Assembly (NCBI GenBank): GCA_964593555.1
Contig: CAZQIC010000004.1
Coordinates: forward strand, 23,689 to 87,688
Length of the DNA stretch: 64,000 bases
Direction of reading: 5' to 3'
DNA from: an uncultured Bacteroidia bacterium
GTDB lineage: Bacteria; Bacteroidota; Bacteroidia; JAFLBG01
Shown here: piece after piece, positions 1 to 9,146 of the stretch
Numbering within the stretch: position 1 is the stretch's first letter
Layout: every line of letters starts with the position of its first letter
Translations under genes and position numbers: made by a program
The notes under the pieces: model-generated
Told to the model about the DNA's origin: nothing
Databases searched by the model: none
What the model saw: the letters and a program-made list of their open reading frames with translations, nothing else

Positions 1-838
1 TTCCATCGCCGCCATCATCAATGTAGATCAATAATTTTTGTCCATCGGGAGAAAGTCCGATGCTGGCATCATGGCCTGATGTATTTATTGGAGCGCCAAT
101 GCTCTTTGCCTGGCTCCATTTACCATTGTTGTTGGTAGAAATATAAATGTCCTCAAAATATTTTTTGTCTTCAGTCTGTGGCTGGTCTTCCTCGCCTGAT
201 TTGCGGCGGGTAGTAAATATCATCACTGATTCGTCAGCAGAGATCACGGATCCGTAATCAGCATATGGCGAATTTATTTCTTTCCCAACGTTATCAATAA
301 AAACACGAGCGGGTTTTGAGACAAGGTCTATTCCTGTGTTGCATTGAACAATTCGTTTGGTGATTTCTTCGCTCTTGGCGGCCGCATTATCTCCCGATAT
401 TTTTTGCTGATATTGTTTGTAAAATTTTATTGCTTTTTCCCAATCCATATTTAATTGATACGCCTGACCAAGCATATAATCTATTTCGGGATCAACATCT
501 GTATCTAATGAATAAGCCTTTTCAAGAAATGGTAAAGATTTTGTGCGGTAACTCGAAAAAAGGTAGCAATTGCCAATTTTCATATTGAGTGCGGCATTGT
601 TTGGATTAAATGTATTGGCTTGCAATAAAAAAGGCAGGGCTTCGGAATACATAAATGTTCCAACCTCGTACAGTTTGTTGCCTTCTTTTAAATTTTTTAC
701 AGCGGCTTTTAAGCCATCTTTATCATTGGGGAAATTTTCTTTTGTGAATTCAATGTTTTGTGAAAAATTCAGCAAAGGAATTGCCAGCAAAAAAAGTAAA
801 GCAAAAAAACGAATGGATTTAAAAAATGTTGCTTTCAT
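1..838 (-). CDS. TPR + PD40 (TolB-like beta-propeller) envelope protein, N-terminal part only; the 3' end lies beyond the left edge. Seventh paralog of the 26575-39680 array.
   Basis: Minus-strand translation from the ATG at 838-836 gives MKATFFKSIRFFALLFLLAIPLLNFSQ (signal peptide), then TPR-like helices. It continues ...VFIDNVGKEINSPYADYGSVISADESVMIFTTRRK...YFEDIYIS...GKWSQAKSIGAPINTSGHDASIGLSPDGQKLLIYIDDGGDG. This is colinear with the N-terminal halves of the six paralogs further right. There is no stop inside the window, so it is absent from the ORF track. Its ATG directly abuts the stop of 839..1894. Confidence 0.8.
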   Translation of the reverse strand, partial: MKATFFKSIRFFALLFLLAIPLLNFSQNIEFTKENFPNDKDGLKAAVKNLKEGNKLYEVGTFMYSEALPFLLQANTFNPNNAALNMKIGNCYLFSSYRTKSLPFLEKAYSLDTDVDPEIDYMLGQAYQLNMDWEKAIKFYKQYQQKISGDNAAAKSEEITKRIVQCNTGIDLVSKPARVFIDNVGKEINSPYADYGSVISADESVMIFTTRRKSGEEDQPQTEDKKYFEDIYISTNNNGKWSQAKSIGAPINTSGHDASIGLSPDGQKLLIYIDDGGDG

Positions 839-1894
839 TTATTTTTTGCAATCAAGTAAATAATTTTTTGCAATTTGCATGCCAAGTGTTGAGGCTTTTT
901 CCCAGTCGGCACAAGCCCCGGGAAGGTCTTTTTGCATTTCTTTTGATATGCCCCTGTTTAAATAAGCTTCACCATACTGGCCATTAATTGCAATTGCTTT
1001 TGTGTAATCATCAACAGAACCTTTATAATCTTTCATTTTAAATTTTGCCGCAGCTCTATTGTTCAATGCATAATAGTAGTTAGGGTTCAATGAAAGTGCC
1101 ATATTGAACATGGTAATGGCGTCTTCATATTTACCATTGTCGTATTGAGCAGATCCTAAACTGTTGTATAAAATATAATCATCTTTTTTAATTTGAACCG
1201 CTTTGGTGTAATCCTCAATAGCACCTTTCAGATCACCTTTTTTCTTTTTTACGCTGGCTATGTTTCCATATACGAATGGAATATCTGGCATTGCAATAAG
1301 TGCTTTTCTGTAGTCAGTAAGTGCTCCGTCATAATCTTCTAATTGTCTTTTGGCGCTGGCCCTGTCATTGTATGCAAAAGCATAATCGGGTTTTAACTTT
1401 ATGGCCTGGTCGTAATCTTCAATGGCACCTTTATAATCTCCTCTTTCGAAACGAAGTCCGCCGCGGAAATAAAAATTTTGTTCGTTCAATGGCCTTATGG
1501 AAATTGACTTATCATAATCGGCTTCTGCAGCGGCATTGTTTCCTAATGATTGCTGTACGCGGCCTCTTCCAAAATAAGCGTAATCAGATGAAGGATTTAA
1601 TTCAATGGCTTTATTATAATCATCCAGGGAGTTTTGAGTGTTCTTAAGTTCAAGATGTGCAGCAGCTCTGTTGCAATAGGCTTTTTCAAATTGCGGGTTA
1701 AGTGTTAAAGCTTTGTTAAAATCACTTAGCGCTTCAGTATATTTTTGTTTATTGAATTTTTCTACTCCACTGTTGTAAAATTTCTGCGCTTCCTGTTCTT
1801 TGTCAACCGTATAGGCTTTAACAGTATCAACCTGGGAAAATAGCTGGCAGGTGGACAGGAGCAATACTAAATATGTAAATAGTGTTTTCACCAA
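839..1894 (-). CDS. Secreted tetratricopeptide-repeat (TPR) protein
   Basis: 351-aa ORF with an N-terminal hydrophobic signal (LVLLLSTCQLFSQ). It has about 9 repeats of the A..Y/F..A....P 34-residue pattern (e.g. AIEDYDQAIKLKPDYAFAYNDRA). The start codon is TTG or GTG. Its stop abuts the next gene's ATG, suggesting an operon. Confidence 0.8.
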   Translation of the reverse strand: MVKTLFTYLVLLLSTCQLFSQVDTVKAYTVDKEQEAQKFYNSGVEKFNKQKYTEALSDFNKALTLNPQFEKAYCNRAAAHLELKNTQNSLDDYNKAIELNPSSDYAYFGRGRVQQSLGNNAAAEADYDKSISIRPLNEQNFYFRGGLRFERGDYKGAIEDYDQAIKLKPDYAFAYNDRASAKRQLEDYDGALTDYRKALIAMPDIPFVYGNIASVKKKKGDLKGAIEDYTKAVQIKKDDYILYNSLGSAQYDNGKYEDAITMFNMALSLNPNYYYALNNRAAAKFKMKDYKGSVDDYTKAIAINGQYGEAYLNRGISKEMQKDLPGACADWEKASTLGMQIAKNYLLDCKK

Positions 1895-1989
1895 TATGAA
1901 AATAGGTGAAATAAAATTAAGAAGAAATAATTCCCCACGGTTATTTAATGCCGTATATTATGAACAGGTCAATTGTGTATAACAGTTAT

Positions 1990-2023
1990 AAAAAAGAGAA
2001 GGGGCCTCCCCAAGCCCCTTCTC
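1990..2023 (-). terminator. Rho-independent terminator downstream of the PKD/T9SS gene
   Basis: 10-bp perfect stem gagaaggggc (1996-2005) / gccccttctc (2014-2023) with an 8-nt loop. On the minus strand it is followed by a run of 6 T (A-run 1990-1995). It lies 23 bp after the stop at 2046. Confidence 0.7.
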
Positions 2024-2045
2024 TGACAAAAAACAACACTATTAA

Positions 2046-3440
2046 TTAATTGTTGTTTAATATTAGTTTTTGAGTATATAACTTCTCATCAATTTTAATG
2101 GTGACTAGGTATATACCGTTACCGAAACCTGTGGCATCCCATTTTACGGTTTGTTTTCCGCTTTGTTCATCGATGTTATTTTTCAGATTTGCTACTTCCT
2201 TGCCTATCATATCATAAACACTGACCGAAACCGAAGCTTTTTTAGTAATGGTATAGGATATATTTGTTACCTCACTGAAAGGATTGGGATAGCTGCTAAT
2301 ATCGGTTCCAATTTCCTTGTCATCTTCCACGCTCATGGATATCATTTGAACACCGTTTGCCTGTGAAACCGTTATGTTAGCGCATATGGAATCGGAACAT
2401 TGTGTGTTTGGATTATATATTGCCAGGCAAACAAGATAGTTCCCTGGTGTGCTGTATGTGTGTTGCGCATATTGAGATGTAGAAGTGGTTCCATCACCAA
2501 AAGTCCAGAAGTACGTAAGGCCGGTTGAAGGTGTTGATGTACTGTAGAAATAAGCAGCAAACGCACTACTTGTATCAGGATATAAGCTAAATGAAGCCTG
2601 GCATCCGCTTATTCCACCAACTGTAATATATTGGCAAATTGAATCTGAACATGTTTGTATGGAATCATATACGTATAAACATGCAAGATAAGTTCCGGGG
2701 TTGGCAAATTGATGATATGGATATTGTTGATAGGAATAATTGCCGTCTCCAAATGTCCAGTAATAAAATAAACCACGGTTTGTTGAGTTTGGATAAAACC
2801 CAACATGATTTGCTGTGTCAGGATAAGTTGTAAATGATGCATCGCAATTTCCTGTTCCGCTGTTTACAGTTATATATTGGCACAATGAATCTGAGCATGT
2901 TTGTAAGGAATCATATACGTATAAACAGGCCAGGTAAGTGCCCGGTGAACTATATTGATGATATGGATATTGAAGGTTTGAAGATGCCCCGTCTCCAAAT
3001 GTCCAGTAATAAAATAAACCACGGTTTGTTGAGCTTGGATAAAACCCAACTTGATTTGCTGTGTCAGGATAAGCTGTAAATGATGCATCGCAATTTCCTG
3101 TCCCATTATTAATGGTTATATATTGACAGGTTGAATCCGAGCAAGAGTAAGTGGAGTCATAAGTGTATAAGCATACCCAGTAACTTCCATTAGCATAGGT
3201 GTGATTTGGATTTGTTTGGTAAGAATAACCTCCATCACCAAATGACCATTGAGAGATTGAAGCGCCAGAAGCGGTTGATGTATTGGCAAAAGAAACAGTA
3301 CTGCCGCTAGTTGAATAGTTGAAATTTGCCTGGCAATTTTGAGCCGCGGCTCTGTTCGTTGAGAATATTCCAAACGCAATTATAAAAGCGCTAAGCTTAA
3401 TGAGCCTGGATATTAGTCGTGATGTGGTTGAAGTTTTCAT
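2046..3440 (-). CDS. Secreted protein with four PKD-like Cys-containing repeats and a T9SS (Por) C-terminal sorting domain
   Basis: Signal peptide ends ...NRAAAQ. There are four ~82-aa repeats with the W(T/S)FGDG...Y...H.Y...G.Y..CL core typical of PKD domains. The C-terminal ~85 aa (YPNPFSEVTNISYTI...VSVYDMIGKEV...GIYLVTIKIDEKLYTQKLIL) matches the type A T9SS CTD pattern. Confidence 0.8.
   Translation of the reverse strand: MKTSTTSRLISRLIKLSAFIIAFGIFSTNRAAAQNCQANFNYSTSGSTVSFANTSTASGASISQWSFGDGGYSYQTNPNHTYANGSYWVCLYTYDSTYSCSDSTCQYITINNGTGNCDASFTAYPDTANQVGFYPSSTNRGLFYYWTFGDGASSNLQYPYHQYSSPGTYLACLYVYDSLQTCSDSLCQYITVNSGTGNCDASFTTYPDTANHVGFYPNSTNRGLFYYWTFGDGNYSYQQYPYHQFANPGTYLACLYVYDSIQTCSDSICQYITVGGISGCQASFSLYPDTSSAFAAYFYSTSTPSTGLTYFWTFGDGTTSTSQYAQHTYSTPGNYLVCLAIYNPNTQCSDSICANITVSQANGVQMISMSVEDDKEIGTDISSYPNPFSEVTNISYTITKKASVSVSVYDMIGKEVANLKNNIDEQSGKQTVKWDATGFGNGIYLVTIKIDEKLYTQKLILNNN
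2610..3101 (-). repeat. Two adjacent 246-bp (82-aa) near-identical coding repeats inside the PKD gene
   Basis: The string gtaaatgatgcatcgcaatttcctgt recurs at 2830 and 3076, giving a 246-bp period. The protein units GTGNCDASFT(A/T)YPDTAN(Q/H)VGFYP(S/N)STNRGLFYYWTFGDG...PGTYLACLYVYDS(L/I)QTCSDS(L/I)CQYITV are much more alike than either is to repeats 1 and 4. Confidence 0.85.
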
Positions 3441-3643
3441 TTTATTATTGTTTCGTTTTTTTTATTTAGTTAACGATACAAATATGAAACACTTCTTTAA
3501 TCAGGGCAAAATAAAGGTTGGTTTTTATTACTTATACAAAGTATGATTTTAAATATAAGTAGTGTGAATTTTTAATAAAATTGGAATAAATAACATTTAT
3601 ATCATAAAAAATATTACTCGTTCAGATTTGATTAATTGGTGGT

Positions 3644-4519
3644 TTAATAATTGTGGAGATCAAAGACCTTGATATCCGGATAATGAGTATTGAAGTAGCC
3701 GTGACCCTTTATTACATTGCTGGGGTAGTTTACGGGTTCACCAGTGATCTGGTTAAACAAGCCGCCTGCACGTTTATATGCGGTTAAAAACTGGTAATAA
3801 CCTTCACTTATATTCGCGATCGCAACTGCAATAGTATCGGTTGGTCCTATGCCGCTTAACTGCGTTTCGTTGGAATAAACATTATCATCAAAGGTGAGGT
3901 CGCTTAGCAATTCAAGTTCAGTCAACACTTTATTAGAACCGACAGAAAATATACGATTGATATCAAAACCTGTTCCCGAACGTTTTACATAGTAATTAAT
4001 GGCATACCAGTTTTTCTCAGGCAAATCACTGAACTCAAACTCTACTCTTACTGTTGTATCGCCGGGGTTTCTTGTTATTACCGGGTACACTGTGTCAAAT
4101 GGAACTTTTGGAAGCAGCGAACTTTCGGCTGTTATTTCCATTCCCGTTGCAGGATCTTTTGCATACAATGAATAAGTGCCGTAACTATATTGCAAGGTGT
4201 TTGTACTGATGTAAATGCCGGACGTTAACATATACAGAGTGTCAGTTTCTCCAAGATAGCTTACAGTAACTAATGCGTCACTCACAAGTACATTGTCTAA
4301 AAAGTTTGAAGCAACAGTATCCCCTTGAGTTGAGTTGGAAAGTGCACTGAAACTTCTTGTCAGTGCAACGATCATTGTTTGGCCGGGTATGATCTGAGAT
4401 GAAACAACTAACGTTGGCCGATGGCCTTCTATTTCAATATCAATTGGTTTTGGCAGGCATGCCGAAAGCAATAGGCATAAAACAGTAAGTGGAGGAAATA
4501 TATATTTATTTTTTTTCAT
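3644..4519 (-). CDS. Lipoprotein, probably DUF4249 family (usual partner of CarboxypepD_reg TonB receptors)
   Basis: 291 aa with a lipoprotein-like signal (LCLLLSAC). Its ATG overlaps the stop of the upstream TonB receptor by 1 nt (TGATG). The size and position match the receptor + DUF4249 pairs common in Bacteroidota. The family assignment is from memory of that synteny, not from a search. Confidence 0.5.
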   Translation of the reverse strand: MKKNKYIFPPLTVLCLLLSACLPKPIDIEIEGHRPTLVVSSQIIPGQTMIVALTRSFSALSNSTQGDTVASNFLDNVLVSDALVTVSYLGETDTLYMLTSGIYISTNTLQYSYGTYSLYAKDPATGMEITAESSLLPKVPFDTVYPVITRNPGDTTVRVEFEFSDLPEKNWYAINYYVKRSGTGFDINRIFSVGSNKVLTELELLSDLTFDDNVYSNETQLSGIGPTDTIAVAIANISEGYYQFLTAYKRAGGLFNQITGEPVNYPSNVIKGHGYFNTHYPDIKVFDLHNY

Positions 4520-6801
4520 CAGAATTTAAAATTATAAGCTACTGAAGGTATAAATCCAAACAATCCTTTTGCCTGGTATTTATATGTTCCATTGTCATTC
4601 GCAACAATTTCTACTTTATAAGGCTGCGCTCTGTTGTATAAATTGTATGCTCCAAAATTCCATTCTCCTTCTACCCAGTATTTTCTTTTCTTGGTTTTAA
4701 GAATAAAGTTAATGTCCATTCTGTGTGAAGGCGGCAGTACAATTGCATTTTTGCCTGAATAAATATTTAAAACATCCACATTGGAAAGGGCGGAGTTAGG
4801 CATGAAAAAATTCCCCTTTAAGGCGGTGAATCGTTGCCCTGTACTGAATATCCATACTGCGGAGAAGCTAAAACGTTTGGTAAACTCATATGTTCCTACC
4901 AATGAAAGGTCATGCCGCTTGTCGTATTTCGCAAAATATTTTTCTCCGTAATTTAATTTATCAAATTTTCTTGTGGCCCATGATAAGGTATAGCCAACCC
5001 ATCCAGTAAATTTCCCGGTTGATTTTTGTAAGAAAAATTCCAGGCCATAAGCCGCTCCTTTTCCCCTTATAAGTTCATTTTCGTAGTTGTTGTTTAATAA
5101 TAAAACCGCACCTTCTTTGTATTCAATAAGATTGTTCAGCCATTTGTAATATGCTTCAACTGTTAAAAGACTTTTTATCTTTTTTATTTTTTGTACATAA
5201 CCAACTGCGAGTTGATCAGATGATTGTGGTTTTACATTTTTTGTAACCGGATACCAAAGATCTGTTGGTAATGCAATTGATGAGCTTGAAACAAGATGCA
5301 TGTATTGTTTCATTCGGGAGTACCCAAATTTTAAACTTTGTGTTTCAGACAACGCATAGTTCAATGAAAACCTGGGCTCAAAGCCCCAATAATGGCAGCT
5401 GTCTCCGGATAAAGATGAGGTTCTGAATCCATAATAAATTTTAAAGAGACTATCGAGCGTTCTCTCGTGTCCGAAATAAATCCCAGATTCATTGGTAGTG
5501 ATCAATTTTCCTTGCTGGGATCTTAAGTACTCCGATATTTCGCCGGAGGTATTTACTACATTGGGTCGGAAACCGTGACTAACAAATGAGTATCCGCAAG
5601 TGATATGACTTTCGGGTGATTCAAATATCTCTACATCTTCTTTTATACCAATGTCCTTTATGTTTGAGCGAACCAGGAAAGAATTTCCGGGAATATTTGC
5701 TTCAACATCGTAGCGAAATTTTGTATAAACCAATGATGTGTTTGAGAAAATTCTGGAATCAAAAATATGATTCCACCTAGTAGTAAAAGTAGTGTTGCCT
5801 AATTTAAATCCTCCTTCAAAAATTCCGGAATCACTAGGGGCGGAAGCGGCCAGTATATCATCACCATCATAATAACTAAAGTAAAGACGGTCCTTATTTG
5901 AAATTTTATAATTGACCTTCATGTTTATATCATAGAAATAATACGGCAGTACATTTTTTCCACCATAAGCCATTTTAAAAACTTTATCAATATAAGATCT
6001 GCGGCCTGCTAATAGAAATGACATCTTATCTTTTTTCAGTGGACCTTGAATAGTAAGTCTCGAGGAGAGTAATCCAATACCGCCATCAACTCTCCAGTGT
6101 TCCTGGTCACCATCTTTCATCCTTATATCCATTACCGATGATAAACGGCCTCCGTATTTTGAAGGAAACCCACCCTTAATAAGCGTTACATCTTTTAATG
6201 CATCATTATTGAACACGGAAAAAAAACCGAACAAATGCGATACGTTGTATACAACGGCTTCATCAAGCAAAATAAGATTGTCATCTCCCGATCCACCACG
6301 CACGAACATTCCATTTTGCCCTTCGCCGCCACGCTTAACGCCAGGCATTAATTGCATTACTTTTATTATATCGGTTTCTCCTCCTATAGTTGGTATATTT
6401 TTTATTTGCTCAATAGGAATTCTTATCACACCCATTTGTGTAGATTTTACTTGTTGCAACTGTTCATCTGCAGTAATAACAACCTCTGTGAGTTCATTTT
6501 TTACCGGAGATAGTTTAGGGTTAATCACAATATTTTTGTCGAGTTTTATTTTTTTAATAATGGGTTCAAAGCCTAAATAGTTAAAACAGATCTCGTATTC
6601 TCCGGCAGGCAGAGAGAGGGAATAGAAACCATATACGTTTGTACTTGTACCTTGTGTTGTTCCCTTTATAAATGCCAGCGCTCCAATAGCCGATTCGCCG
6701 TTTGTAGAGTCTGCAATGTAGCCGCTGATAGTAAATTGCTGCCCATAAATTTTTATTGAGCAAATAGTAAGAAAAAGAAAATAGAAGCTGAACTTTTTCA
6801 A
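4519..6801 (-). CDS. TonB-dependent receptor with N-terminal carboxypeptidase-regulatory-like domain
   Basis: 760 aa with a signal peptide. The CarboxypepD_reg pattern is FTISGYIADSTNGESAIGALAFIKGTTQGTSTNVYGFYSLSLPAGEYEICFNYLGF. The plug region is IPTIGGETDIIKVMQLMPGV. The rest is a long aromatic-rich beta-barrel ending in ...SVAYNFKF (terminal F). The start codon is TTG. Confidence 0.85.
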   Translation of the reverse strand: MKKFSFYFLFLTICSIKIYGQQFTISGYIADSTNGESAIGALAFIKGTTQGTSTNVYGFYSLSLPAGEYEICFNYLGFEPIIKKIKLDKNIVINPKLSPVKNELTEVVITADEQLQQVKSTQMGVIRIPIEQIKNIPTIGGETDIIKVMQLMPGVKRGGEGQNGMFVRGGSGDDNLILLDEAVVYNVSHLFGFFSVFNNDALKDVTLIKGGFPSKYGGRLSSVMDIRMKDGDQEHWRVDGGIGLLSSRLTIQGPLKKDKMSFLLAGRRSYIDKVFKMAYGGKNVLPYYFYDINMKVNYKISNKDRLYFSYYDGDDILAASAPSDSGIFEGGFKLGNTTFTTRWNHIFDSRIFSNTSLVYTKFRYDVEANIPGNSFLVRSNIKDIGIKEDVEIFESPESHITCGYSFVSHGFRPNVVNTSGEISEYLRSQQGKLITTNESGIYFGHERTLDSLFKIYYGFRTSSLSGDSCHYWGFEPRFSLNYALSETQSLKFGYSRMKQYMHLVSSSSIALPTDLWYPVTKNVKPQSSDQLAVGYVQKIKKIKSLLTVEAYYKWLNNLIEYKEGAVLLLNNNYENELIRGKGAAYGLEFFLQKSTGKFTGWVGYTLSWATRKFDKLNYGEKYFAKYDKRHDLSLVGTYEFTKRFSFSAVWIFSTGQRFTALKGNFFMPNSALSNVDVLNIYSGKNAIVLPPSHRMDINFILKTKKRKYWVEGEWNFGAYNLYNRAQPYKVEIVANDNGTYKYQAKGLFGFIPSVAYNFKF

Positions 6802-6973
6802 GATGAGGTATTTGGGGTAAACACGCTATAATGTTTTAAGTAAGACTATTAACGGGTGTGAAAAGTTACAAAGATTCTTTAATAAAATTTAACATTTAAA
6901 GGTCCTTTCTTTTCGTGTTTTATGATAAAATAAGTGCTAAAATTCGTACTTTTAGGATAATCCAGGAAATAGA

Positions 6974-8515
6974 ATGGCACTGTTAGGATCAATTCTAAAG
7001 CGTACAATAGCCCTAAAAAAAAGGATCCCAAAGATCCGGAAAAAGGATGCATATAAAATGCAGCAGAAGGTATTGAGGGGGTTGATGGAGACCGCAGAGT
7101 TCACTGCTTTTGGAGAACATTATTCGTTTTCAAAATTATTGAATGAGACAGACCTGGTAAGTGCTTATAAAAGCAACGTTCCGGTACACGATTATAACTC
7201 CATTTTTCAAAAATGGTGGTACAGGTCGCTAAATGGCGAACCTTATGTTTGCTGGCCAGAGCATATAAAATATTTTGCATTGAGTTCGGGTACATCCGAA
7301 TCGTCAAGTAAACATATTCCGGTTACACGCAAGATGTTAAAGGCAATTCAAAAAACAAGCGTACGTCAGATCATGTCGCTTGCGAATTACGAGCTGCCAA
7401 AAGATCATTTTGAAAAAGGAATTTTAATGATAGGGGGGAGCACCCATCTTAATTTTAATGGAAGTTATTTTGAAGGCGATCTCAGTGGAATTACCACCGG
7501 TAATATTCCTTTTTGGTTCCAGCATTTTTATAAACCGGGAAGACGCATTGCAAAAGAGCGTGACTGGAACTCGAAACTTGATGAGATCACAAAAAATGCA
7601 AAGAACTGGGACATCGGCGTTGTGTGCGGTGTTCCGGCCTGGATACAAATATTATTCGAACGCATTATAAAATACCATAATGTAAAAACCATTCATGATG
7701 TTTGGCCAAATTTGTTGATGTATGTGCACGGCGGCGTTTCATTTGCTCCATATAAAAATGGGTTTGAGCGTTTGTTGTCCAGGCCGCTGATATACCTTGA
7801 TACTTACCTGGCCTCTGAAGGATTTATCGCTTACCAGGAACGGCCTGGAGCAGAGGGAATGAAAATGGTACTGGACAATGGATTGTTTTATGAATTTGTT
7901 CCTTTTACAGAAGCAAATTTTGATCAGGATGGAAGCATTATTCAGCATCCGGAAACTTTTACTATAAAAGAAGTAAAGGAAAATGTGGAGTATGCAATAT
8001 TGCTGAGTTCATGTGCAGGAGCATGGAGATACCTGATAGGTGATACAATAAAATTCACATCACTGGAACATCATGAAATATTGATTACCGGGCGTACCAA
8101 ACATTTTTTAAGTCTGTGTGGAGAGCATTTATCGCAGGATAATATGAACAGGGCAATAGAGATGCTTGCAGAAGAATTTGATCTGGATATAAAAGAATTT
8201 ACTGTAACCGGCATTAACTACGAATCGTTGTTTGCGCACAAGTGGTACATTGGAACAGATGATAAGGTGGATGTTAACCTTGTTAAAGAAAAACTTGATG
8301 ATTTTTTAAAAGTGCTGAATGATGATTACCGTGTTGAGCGCATTGCGGCGTTAAAAGATATTTTTATTGAGATACTTCCTTCACATATTTTTTATGATTG
8401 GATGAGAGAGAGGGGTAAGGAGGGGGGACAAAATAAATTTCCAAGAGTGTTAAAAGGTAATCATCTTTCTGAGTGGCAAGCGTTCCTTAAAAAGAATAAT
8501 TATACCAAGGAATGA
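6974..8515 (+). CDS. GH3 (auxin-responsive promoter) family acyl-adenylate-forming enzyme homolog
   Basis: 513 aa. It has the FALSSGTSESSSKHIPVT motif (GH3 SSGTT..K.IP nucleotide-binding loop), and the length and overall pattern of bacterial GH3-family proteins. Confidence 0.8.
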   Translation: MALLGSILKRTIALKKRIPKIRKKDAYKMQQKVLRGLMETAEFTAFGEHYSFSKLLNETDLVSAYKSNVPVHDYNSIFQKWWYRSLNGEPYVCWPEHIKYFALSSGTSESSSKHIPVTRKMLKAIQKTSVRQIMSLANYELPKDHFEKGILMIGGSTHLNFNGSYFEGDLSGITTGNIPFWFQHFYKPGRRIAKERDWNSKLDEITKNAKNWDIGVVCGVPAWIQILFERIIKYHNVKTIHDVWPNLLMYVHGGVSFAPYKNGFERLLSRPLIYLDTYLASEGFIAYQERPGAEGMKMVLDNGLFYEFVPFTEANFDQDGSIIQHPETFTIKEVKENVEYAILLSSCAGAWRYLIGDTIKFTSLEHHEILITGRTKHFLSLCGEHLSQDNMNRAIEMLAEEFDLDIKEFTVTGINYESLFAHKWYIGTDDKVDVNLVKEKLDDFLKVLNDDYRVERIAALKDIFIEILPSHIFYDWMRERGKEGGQNKFPRVLKGNHLSEWQAFLKKNNYTKE

Positions 8516-9141
8516 ATTTAGTCATTGAAGCTTTATATAAAGGATTAGGTTTAGGTTTTGCCTTGTGCATTTCCATCGGGCCCTCTTTTTTCGCTTTGAT
8601 AAAAACAAGTATTGATAACGGGTATCGCTCGGGTGTCGCGCTTGCCATTGGAATATTTATAAGTGATCTGTTGTGTGTTGCCCTTGCTTACCTGGGCGCC
8701 TCGCAGCTTTTTATGAACCCACAGAATAAAATTTATATTGGAATTATTGGTGGAACAATATTGGTAGTATTTGGAGTGTTTTATTTTTTTCAGAGTAATC
8801 CTGCCGCTGCTACTGATAAAAAGATAGAAATAAAGAAAGTGAATTTATGGTGGATGATGTTAAAAGGATTTATTCTTAACACATTTAATCCTGCAGTAAT
8901 TATGTTGTGGGTAGCCTGGGTAGGATTAATAAGCTCTAACGAAGAGTTTAAACAAATTCATCTTATTATTTTCTTTGCGACATCATTACTCGTTGTATTA
9001 TTTACAGATATACTTAAGTCAGTTGCTGCGAATAAGATCAGGCGTTACCTTACACCGTTTATTTTAAAATGGTTAAATCGCCTAGTGGGAACCATTTTAA
9101 TAATAGTGGGTCTTAATCTTATTTATAAGGTGTTTTATTAA
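8512..9141 (+). CDS. LysE/RhtB family amino-acid efflux translocator
   Basis: 209 aa with about 6 hydrophobic helices. The N-terminus (GLGLGFALCISIGPSFFALIKTS) fits the LysE family GP..... pattern. It overlaps the GH3 gene by ATGA. Confidence 0.75.
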   Translation: MNLVIEALYKGLGLGFALCISIGPSFFALIKTSIDNGYRSGVALAIGIFISDLLCVALAYLGASQLFMNPQNKIYIGIIGGTILVVFGVFYFFQSNPAAATDKKIEIKKVNLWWMMLKGFILNTFNPAVIMLWVAWVGLISSNEEFKQIHLIIFFATSLLVVLFTDILKSVAANKIRRYLTPFILKWLNRLVGTILIIVGLNLIYKVFY

Positions 9142-9146
9142 AGTGT

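Noticed and set aside
570-863. 97-aa plus-strand ORF, the only ORF-track entry covering the first 838 bp
   Set aside because: It lies antisense to a much better supported minus-strand gene (signal peptide, TPR and PD40 homology to six paralogs). Its own sequence has low complexity and no recognisable motif. I treat it as a shadow ORF.
2610-3101. Regular tandem repeats, here and at 48303-48854, as possible CRISPR arrays
   Set aside because: The repeat units are 246 and 276 bp with no unique spacers, and they lie in-frame within coding genes. These are coding duplications. I saw no CRISPR-like 25-50-bp repeat-spacer structure anywhere in the window.
3644-6801. TonB receptor plus downstream lipoprotein as a SusC/SusD polysaccharide utilisation locus
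   Set aside because: The 291-aa partner is far too short for SusD and lacks its TPR-like helices. The receptor lacks the SusC-type extension. No glycoside hydrolases are adjacent. The pairing fits the receptor + DUF4249 pattern better.
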